Of a stretch of DNA of 64,000 nucleotides, positions 57,390 through 64,000 are shown in pieces. Each line of letters begins with the position of its first letter. The stretch's first letter is position 1. The DNA is taken from positions 383,069-447,068 of the forward strand of contig CAKVOE010000002.1 in the NCBI GenBank assembly GCA_934778215.1. Reading direction: 5' to 3'. Origin of the DNA: an uncultured Clostridia bacterium (GTDB lineage Bacteria; Bacillota; Clostridia; Christensenellales; UBA1242). Under the pieces are notes generated by a model that saw only the letters and a program-made list of their open reading frames with translations, ran no database searches and was not told where the DNA came from. Made by a program: the position numbers and the translations under genes.

Positions 57390-58091
57390 ATGAATGTTTT
57401 GTCTTTAAAAGATGTTAATAAAGATTATAAAACTGGAGAAATAACAGTATCCGCCTTAAAAAATGTTTCTTTTGATTTAAACGAGGGCGAGTTTGTTGTT
57501 ATTCTTGGAGCATCGGGTGCGGGAAAGACTACATTATTAAACCTTTTGGGTGGAATGGATAGTGCAACCAGCGGAGAGATAATTATAGATGGTAAAAATA
57601 TAACAAAGTTTAACAAAAAGCAATTAACAGATTACCGAAGGTACGATGTGGGCTTTGTTTTTCAATTTTACAATTTGATGCCAAACCTAACCGCCCTAGA
57701 AAATGTGGAACTTGCCGTAGAAATATGCGATAACCACCTAGACCCACAAAGTGTTTTAACATCGGTTGGACTTGCAGATAGGCTAAATAATTTTCCTGCC
57801 GAACTTTCGGGAGGGGAACAGCAAAGGGTTTCTATTGCACGGGCAATTGCAAAAAATCCAAAAATGATATTGTGCGATGAACCTACGGGTGCTCTAGATT
57901 ACGCCACGGGTAAAAAGATATTAAAGTTATTGCAAGATTTTTCGAAACAGAATGGAAAACTTGTTGTAGTGGTAACGCATAACACGGCACTAAAGGATAT
58001 GGCAGATAAGGTAATAAAAATAAAAAGCGGGCGAATAGAAAGAGTAGACATAAACAGCAATCCCGTCCCAGTAGAGGAGATTGAATGGTGA
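57390..58091 (+). CDS. ABC transporter ATP-binding protein (MacB/FtsE-like)
   Basis: [28 protein letters not shown]. Confidence 0.9.
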   Translation: MNVLSLKDVNKDYKTGEITVSALKNVSFDLNEGEFVVILGASGAGKTTLLNLLGGMDSATSGEIIIDGKNITKFNKKQLTDYRRYDVGFVFQFYNLMPNLTALENVELAVEICDNHLDPQSVLTSVGLADRLNNFPAELSGGEQQRVSIARAIAKNPKMILCDEPTGALDYATGKKILKLLQDFSKQNGKLVVVVTHNTALKDMADKVIKIKSGRIERVDINSNPVPVEEIEW

Positions 58092-59947
58092 GAACTTATT
58101 TTAAAAGCGTTCGTAGAATGTTTAAAAAGCATATAATAAGGCTTTTTTCACTAGTTGGTATAATAGTTATATCAATAGGTTTTATATCGGGCATCGGCTC
58201 TCCTACTGATATGGTCAAAGACAGCATAAACAAATATTATCAAAGCCAAAATGTAAGCGACTTTATACTAAAAAGCAAATCGGGTGGCTTTACTGCTGAA
58301 CAGATAGATAAGGTAAAATCACATTTTGGTCATACAAATGTAGAAAGCGGAATGTCGTTAGATATAAAAACCGGCGAAAAAAGGTCTTTAAGGGTGTATT
58401 TTTTAGATTTTGAGAATTTAAACACCAACATTCCAGAAATAGTGCAAGGTCAAACAATTACTAAAAACAATGAAAATTACGCCTATGCAGAGGTAGCGGA
58501 TAACATTATTAAGGGGTACTCAGTTGGCGATGAGGTAGAGTTAGATTTGGCATCGGCACTTAATTTGCCGTTTGAGTACAAAATAAATGTAACTATAAAG
58601 GGGATAGTAAAAAGCCCGCTAACCTTTGGTAAAGACGGCGAGCCTAGTTACAACAACCCAGAAGATACAGTTATACCCGAAAATGTGACCGAAATAAACA
58701 AATTAGATTTATTAGAAAACATAATTTACTGTCCAATAGAAATTTGTTCGTTTATGCCCAAAGGAGATTTGTACATTAAAGCAAATGACAGAAATTTGTT
58801 TAACGCATTTTCGCCTGAGTATGAAAACTATATACAAAGTCAACAAACAGAAATAACAAGCTTATTAGGTGAAGATATAAAAATTATTACCCTATACGAC
58901 AACTATAGTTTTAAATCTATTATTGCAAGTGCAGATAAGGTTCGCAAAATTGGAAACATATTAATGGTTATTTTTATTGCGGTAACGCTTTTGGTAGTGC
59001 TTTCTTCTTCTATGCGATTAATGGACGAAGAGCGGTCGCAAATTGCTTGTCTTAAAACGCTAGGTTATGGTTCTGCAAGCATAATAATGCGGTATGTTTT
59101 GTTTGCTCTTGTGGCACTCGCTTTGGGTGGATTATTAGGGTATTTTGTTGGGTATGGTGTTTCGTGGCTAATTTATCATGTATTTAATTACGGACACGTT
59201 ATGCCACAGCCTTCGGTAATAGTAAACCCAAGTTATTACTTTATTTCGTTTAGCACAATTTTTGTTGTTACAATTGTTGCAATATTTTTGTTGGGTCTTC
59301 GCTATGCAAACGCTAAGCCTGCTAGCTTGTTGCGTCCAAAGCCTCCAAAAAAAGGGAAAAGAATATTGCTCGAAAAAATACCATTTATTTGGAAAAGGCT
59401 TTCGTTTAGGTTAAAATCTTCTTTTAGAAATGTTTTAAGATACAAAACAAGATTTTTAATGATGCTTATTTCGGTGGCGGTTTCTGCAGGGCTGGTTTTT
59501 GCAGGGTTCTCGCTTTTGGATATATGTTTGTTTAGCGATTTTGGCTCCTCTACAATAGTAGGAATAGCCGTTGTTTTGGTGGTTTTTGCAGGGCTTTTAA
59601 CGGCTGTAGTTATAAACACACTAACAACCATAAACATTAGCGAACGAGAAAGAGAAATTGCAACACTTATGGTGCTAGGTTACCACGACAAAGAAATATG
59701 CGGGTACATTTATCGTGAAATATACATAAGTACCCTTTTGGGAATTATTTTTGGTTACCCCGTAGGGGTTGGTTTTGCCACACTAATTTTTAAAACAATT
59801 GGTTTTGGTTCGGTGGCAGATGTAAAATGGTTTATGTGGCTTTTAATTCCTATAATTATTTATGGTTTTACATTGTTAGTAACATTAATTTTGAAGCCAA
59901 AGATTATTAAAACAAAAATGAATGAAAGTTTAAAAGCGGTAGAGTAG
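58085..59947 (+). CDS. FtsX-family ABC permease with two FtsX modules
   Basis: Overlaps the ATPase gene; N-terminal TM + large extracytoplasmic domain + two 3-4 TM clusters. Confidence 0.8.
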   Translation: MVRTYFKSVRRMFKKHIIRLFSLVGIIVISIGFISGIGSPTDMVKDSINKYYQSQNVSDFILKSKSGGFTAEQIDKVKSHFGHTNVESGMSLDIKTGEKRSLRVYFLDFENLNTNIPEIVQGQTITKNNENYAYAEVADNIIKGYSVGDEVELDLASALNLPFEYKINVTIKGIVKSPLTFGKDGEPSYNNPEDTVIPENVTEINKLDLLENIIYCPIEICSFMPKGDLYIKANDRNLFNAFSPEYENYIQSQQTEITSLLGEDIKIITLYDNYSFKSIIASADKVRKIGNILMVIFIAVTLLVVLSSSMRLMDEERSQIACLKTLGYGSASIIMRYVLFALVALALGGLLGYFVGYGVSWLIYHVFNYGHVMPQPSVIVNPSYYFISFSTIFVVTIVAIFLLGLRYANAKPASLLRPKPPKKGKRILLEKIPFIWKRLSFRLKSSFRNVLRYKTRFLMMLISVAVSAGLVFAGFSLLDICLFSDFGSSTIVGIAVVLVVFAGLLTAVVINTLTTINISEREREIATLMVLGYHDKEICGYIYREIYISTLLGIIFGYPVGVGFATLIFKTIGFGSVADVKWFMWLLIPIIIYGFTLLVTLILKPKIIKTKMNESLKAVE

Positions 59948-60152
59948 GTGGTATTTTTTTAGAAAAATTGTGGCAAAAATGTTTGCTAAGTTTGTAATTG
60001 TTTTTGGAACAAAACCGCTCTTTAAAATAATTAAATGATAAAGATAGTAAATTTAAATAATAAATTTCATCTACCTAGTTAAATATTTAAAGTATTGCAA
60101 AATCCGAAAAAATATGCTATAATGCCTCATATTAGGAGGCATTCACGATGAA

Positions 60153-60281
60153 ATGGACAGATTCATGATAAACAATTCATCGCTTTGCATTGCACTATTT
60201 GACGGCAGACCTGGCGGAACAAGTTCCACAATCGCTTATGCAAAGAAACATGGTGTCAAAGTTATAGAAATCAAGCCATAA
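60153..60281 (+). pseudogene. C-terminal remnant of a SLOG/DUF1273-like gene
   Basis: MDRFMINNSSLCIALFDGRPGGTSSTIAYAKKHGVKVIEI resembles the tail of that family; only 42 codons. Confidence 0.35.
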
Positions 60282-60310
60282 AAAATCCCACTACAACAAG
60301 TGGGATTTAT

Positions 60311-61084
60311 TTATAGTTCTTTGTCCATAGCAACCGCACATTCGAGAGCAAGTGGTATCATTTTTTCTTTGCCTTTTATATCATTATTTGTTAAACTTCT
60401 TGGGTCGTAATCTTCTTTAGCCAAACTATCTGCCCCATAAAAAATTTGCGCAAAATTAATATTTCTAAATTTGCATACGGCAGCCATAGCTGAACATTCC
60501 ATTTCTACTGTTATTGCGCCTTGTAATTTTCTTCTTTCAACTTTTGATTTTGTTTCCCTATAAACAGCATCTGTTGTCCAAGTTTTGCCTTTATGATAAT
60601 GCAGTCCTAAATTTTTTATAACATTCTCTACACAAGCAACAGATTTCGTATTCAATTTTATTTCATCACTAGCTTTCATATAATGATAACTAGTTCCTTC
60701 ATCTCTTATTGCTGATGTAGGAATAATTATAGAATAATCTTCCATTTCTTCTTTTAAACAACCACAACAACCAACCAATAATAAGTTTTTAATACCATAA
60801 ATCTGTATATCTTCAAAATTTGCCACACAAGCAGGGGCACCCACTGGAGAGTGATATACTGCAATATCGGCACCTTTGTAGTTTACTATATATACAGGCC
60901 ATGTATTTGTTGCATTAGTAATTTTTACACTAAATATTTTAGGATTGAATTTTTTTACAAATGATTCCATAAGGCTTTTAGAAAAGAAGGAAACACATGT
61001 CTTTGGCAAAACATCATTATTTTCCTTGAAAGTTTCTGGATTTATAACCGCAGTTTTACAATTATCAAACTCCTCTAATAACAT
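60311..61084 (-). CDS. Nucleoside phosphorylase (PNP_UDP_1 family)
   Basis: GCCGC...VEMECSAMAAV motif; ATG 61084 after GGAGG. Confidence 0.7.
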   Translation of the reverse strand: MLLEEFDNCKTAVINPETFKENNDVLPKTCVSFFSKSLMESFVKKFNPKIFSVKITNATNTWPVYIVNYKGADIAVYHSPVGAPACVANFEDIQIYGIKNLLLVGCCGCLKEEMEDYSIIIPTSAIRDEGTSYHYMKASDEIKLNTKSVACVENVIKNLGLHYHKGKTWTTDAVYRETKSKVERRKLQGAITVEMECSAMAAVCKFRNINFAQIFYGADSLAKEDYDPRSLTNNDIKGKEKMIPLALECAVAMDKEL

Positions 61085-61207
61085 AGGCACCTCCAATAAA
61101 TTTATCATATTATATCATAGAAACGATGATTTGTGATAAATTTTTTGAAAAAAGTATTGATTTTCACGAATTTTGTACTATACTAACAACAATTAAGGAG
61201 TAAAATT

Positions 61208-61813
61208 ATGAAAAAGGAAAGATTGGAAGAAGAAACTATGGAATTAAACGCGAACAATATTAATTATTTGGATTATAAGACTGTAAGGGATATTTTATTT
61301 AAAATGCAACGCTTCTGCGATAGTGGAAAACCTAAAAAGAAAGAAATTATATTAAGACAAAAAGAAGAAATAAAAAAAGTTCTAGACGATATTAATATAT
61401 ATTGCAGATCAAAAAACAGAACTCATGTTTACGACGAGGAAATTAGCAAAATGATGAAAGGCGTTGTAGAAAAAAGTATTGCTTTTGAATATCAAGGAGT
61501 TGCAAGTTTGTATTTGCAAGGCATAGCAAAAAATCAGATATGTGATATAGATGAAAAATATACTAGAGCAATTGTTGAGGAGTTAACACATCAATATGGA
61601 CAAAGAGGAACTACTCCGAAAATTAAAAAGGTTTTAACCGCTTGTAAAAATGGTGATTATGGAGTTGAGTATAGCAGAGAGCAAATTAAATTCTTGATTG
61701 ATATTTATAATACCCATTGTTCTGAGTTTAGAAGTAATGCCGAAACTATTGGTTGGGGTAATGGTTTTTATGGCCCAATAGAAAAAGATGACCAAACAGA
61801 GTTAACTAAGTAA
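61208..61813 (+). CDS. Hypothetical protein (201 aa)
   Basis: ORF with AAGGAG SD. Confidence 0.5.
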   Translation: MKKERLEEETMELNANNINYLDYKTVRDILFKMQRFCDSGKPKKKEIILRQKEEIKKVLDDINIYCRSKNRTHVYDEEISKMMKGVVEKSIAFEYQGVASLYLQGIAKNQICDIDEKYTRAIVEELTHQYGQRGTTPKIKKVLTACKNGDYGVEYSREQIKFLIDIYNTHCSEFRSNAETIGWGNGFYGPIEKDDQTELTK

Positions 61814-61834
61814 TTTTTATTTATAGGAGTATTT

Positions 61835-62581
61835 ATGATATTGTTTTTAACAAGTAGCTTAGATGCTTATGAAAAAGATGAGAATGGCGTTAAGCACCCT
61901 CATAATTTTGGTAACGAAAATGGAATATTAGATAATTTCAAAAAATATATAAAGAAATATGATAATTTCTTGTTTGTTGCAAGTCAAACAGAAGATGAAA
62001 ATAAAACAGGTATATATGCCAATATTATTTTTAAATCTTTTGAAATGACATTGCCTTTTAAAAATTATAGAGTTTTGGATCATAGAACAAAGGACCAAGC
62101 ACAAGATTTAATAAAAAATGCAGATTTTATATACCTTTGTGGAGGACATGTCCCTAGTCAACTTGCCCTATTTGAACAACTTAATTTAAGAGAGTTAATC
62201 AAAAATACCAATGCAGTAATTTGTGGCGGAAGTGCTGGAAGTATGGATAGTGCAGATATTGTATATTGTCCACCTGAACTTGATGGTGAAGCAAAAGATA
62301 AGAATTTTAAAAGATACAGGCAAGGTTTAGGCATTACAAACATTAATATCTATCCACACTGGAATCCAGATTTAATCGATCAAGAATTTTTAGACGGACA
62401 AAATATTTTTAAAGATATTATGCTTGAAGATAGTAAAACAAAACCATTTGTTGCTTTTGATGATGGAACATATATTTTAGAGATTGATGGCAAAGCTAAA
62501 TTATTTGGTAAAGCATATTACTTTGAAAATGGAACATACACCGAAATAAAAAATATGGAGAAAGATAATTTATGCTTATAA
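61835..62581 (+). CDS. Peptidase S51 family protein, paralogue 3
   Basis: GGSAGSMDSADIVY...QGLGITNINIYPH, collinear with 20643 and 25728 products. Confidence 0.7.
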   Translation: MILFLTSSLDAYEKDENGVKHPHNFGNENGILDNFKKYIKKYDNFLFVASQTEDENKTGIYANIIFKSFEMTLPFKNYRVLDHRTKDQAQDLIKNADFIYLCGGHVPSQLALFEQLNLRELIKNTNAVICGGSAGSMDSADIVYCPPELDGEAKDKNFKRYRQGLGITNINIYPHWNPDLIDQEFLDGQNIFKDIMLEDSKTKPFVAFDDGTYILEIDGKAKLFGKAYYFENGTYTEIKNMEKDNLCL

Positions 62582-62847
62582 AATTAACTATTGATAGTGA
62601 AACTAGAGAAATTAAATTAGGATTATTCTCTAAAAAGATTAAAATAAATGGCTTAGTGGTGAAATTTAAAAAATGTGGTCAAGGCGTTTTAATTTCTGGA
62701 TTAGTTGAAATGAATGCTGATGGAACTACAAATTTAGGACAAACGCACTATCCAGAGATTTTAGTTAAAAAAGGCGAAGTAAAAGATTTATACTTTCCTG
62801 TTACAGATAGTAGTATAAACATTAAAATAGAAATAATAAAAAATTAA
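62572..62847 (+). CDS. Hypothetical small protein (91 aa)
   Basis: ORF overlapping upstream stop. Confidence 0.4.
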   Translation: MLIKLTIDSETREIKLGLFSKKIKINGLVVKFKKCGQGVLISGLVEMNADGTTNLGQTHYPEILVKKGEVKDLYFPVTDSSINIKIEIIKN

Positions 62848-62867
62848 ACAAAAGGAGAAGAAATGCT

Positions 62868-63578
62868 ATGAAACTTATACTAAATGGTGGTGGTTCTGAC
62901 GAACAAATAAGAGATAGCATTTCTCTCTTTGCCCAACATGTCAAAGGTGGAAAAGTTATGTACATACCACTTGCATGGAATAATGGCAACATGGAAAATT
63001 GCATTGATTGGTTTAGAACCCAAGTAGAACCTTTTGGAATTTCGAACATAATTCAGATACTAGACGCTAAAAAAATAACAAAAGAAGAATTAAAAAAATG
63101 TACCGGCATTTTCATTGGTGGAGGCAATACTTATAAACTATTAAAGATGCTCAAAGAAACACCTGCATTTGAAAATATAAAAGAATTTATGCTAAGAAAG
63201 GATAGCATCATTATGGGTGGAAGTGCTGGTGCTCTAATATTTGGCAAATCTATTGATAGTTGCCTTGATGATGGTCTTGGGATAAAAAGTATTTGCGACC
63301 AAAATCTCGTTGGCCTTAAAGATACAACAGGTTTTAACTGCATAAACGGATATTCAATCTTGCCACATTATATGAGAAAACCAGAGCAAGCAAATCTCAC
63401 AAATCAAAGAATTGAGAGATTGTTAAGTGAAGGATATAAACTTATATGCTTACCTGAAGAAACAAGTTTAGTTATTGAAGATAATAAAATAAGAATAATT
63501 GGTAGCCAACCCGCTAAAATTATAACAAAAGAAACAAATAAAACAATTCAAAACACCGAAATCGTAAGGTGTTTATAA
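62868..63578 (+). CDS. Peptidase S51 family protein, paralogue 4 (more divergent)
   Basis: IGGGNTYKLL...MGGSAGALIFG nucleophile region. Confidence 0.65.
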   Translation: MKLILNGGGSDEQIRDSISLFAQHVKGGKVMYIPLAWNNGNMENCIDWFRTQVEPFGISNIIQILDAKKITKEELKKCTGIFIGGGNTYKLLKMLKETPAFENIKEFMLRKDSIIMGGSAGALIFGKSIDSCLDDGLGIKSICDQNLVGLKDTTGFNCINGYSILPHYMRKPEQANLTNQRIERLLSEGYKLICLPEETSLVIEDNKIRIIGSQPAKIITKETNKTIQNTEIVRCL

Positions 63579-64000
63579 GGAGGAAAACATTAAAAAAGAA
63601 AAACTTTATATGATGTAGCGTCTATCACCAACAACTTTATGAAAGAACTTAAAATTGCCATTAGGTTTGACAGAATCAAAGACAACATTGATGTCGTTAA
63701 AGATTTTGATTTGACAGGCGAATTTAATTCTTTGCTTAAAGATATTTTGTTGTCAGAATTTAATGAAGAGCAGTTTGAAAAAAATGGCAACAACGTTTGC
63801 AAAAGGATATACAACTGTATATCCACCTTACGGCCCACAAAATAGAGATAGAACACCAGCATACAACAATGTATTAAAGAAGTTAAGTGATAGTATTTCA
63901 GTTAAAATAAATGATGAAAATACTAAGACTAAATTTGCTGCAGAAGAAACAAAGGACGACTCTTTTGAGCTTTCATATATATATATCAAATGTTTAAGAA

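Noticed and set aside
63590-64000. Overlapping ORFs after the last S51 gene (63639..63845 plus strand, 63590..63862 minus strand, and an open frame from ATG 63784 to the window end)
   Set aside because: There is no convincing SD or recognisable motif. The strong SD at 63579 is followed only by a 9-codon frame. This may be a disrupted gene; left unannotated.

Overview
AT-rich (by eye roughly 30% G+C, not computed), standard-code bacterial chromosome segment with Bacillota-like gene content. Housekeeping genes include the 3' end of glycogen phosphorylase, a GH13 amylase, YqeY, ABC exporters, NUDIX/SDR/hydrolase genes and tRNAs. At least three accessory regions interrupt them. (1) 6.4-23.9 kb is a tRNA-Arg(CCU) integration hotspot carrying a ~14 kb defence island. 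Its cargo is an HEPN-like module, a GIY-YIG/T5orf172 protein, a PrrC-like anticodon-nuclease candidate, a type IC-like hsdM-hsdS-hsdR system with extra embedded genes and two kinds of short repeats in hsdS, a decayed tyrosine integrase, and a DUF4258 / zinc-finger-HTH / ImmA triad. A remnant of a second related island lies next to it in inverted orientation. (2) 34.3-41.2 kb lies beside a tRNA-Thr-like gene preceded by an array of 5' tRNA halves. It is a mosaic locus of small toxin-like proteins and CPCC/zinc-ribbon proteins arranged in repeated cassettes. (3) 42-54 kb, downstream of tRNA-Ser, holds an Abi-like gene, a large-serine-recombinase + HUH-Rep element, a C-protein/m5C/m6A/HNH type II R-M system, and a GHKL-ATPase::PD-(D/E)xK nuclease gene flanked by ~200-bp direct repeats. 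The right end carries a cytidine-deaminase-like gene, a TrmH-type methyltransferase with a partial duplication, a MacB-type ABC pair, a nucleoside phosphorylase and tandem S51-peptidase paralogues. No rRNA, CRISPR array or phage structural genes were seen. All functional calls come from motif recognition by eye; no searches were run.
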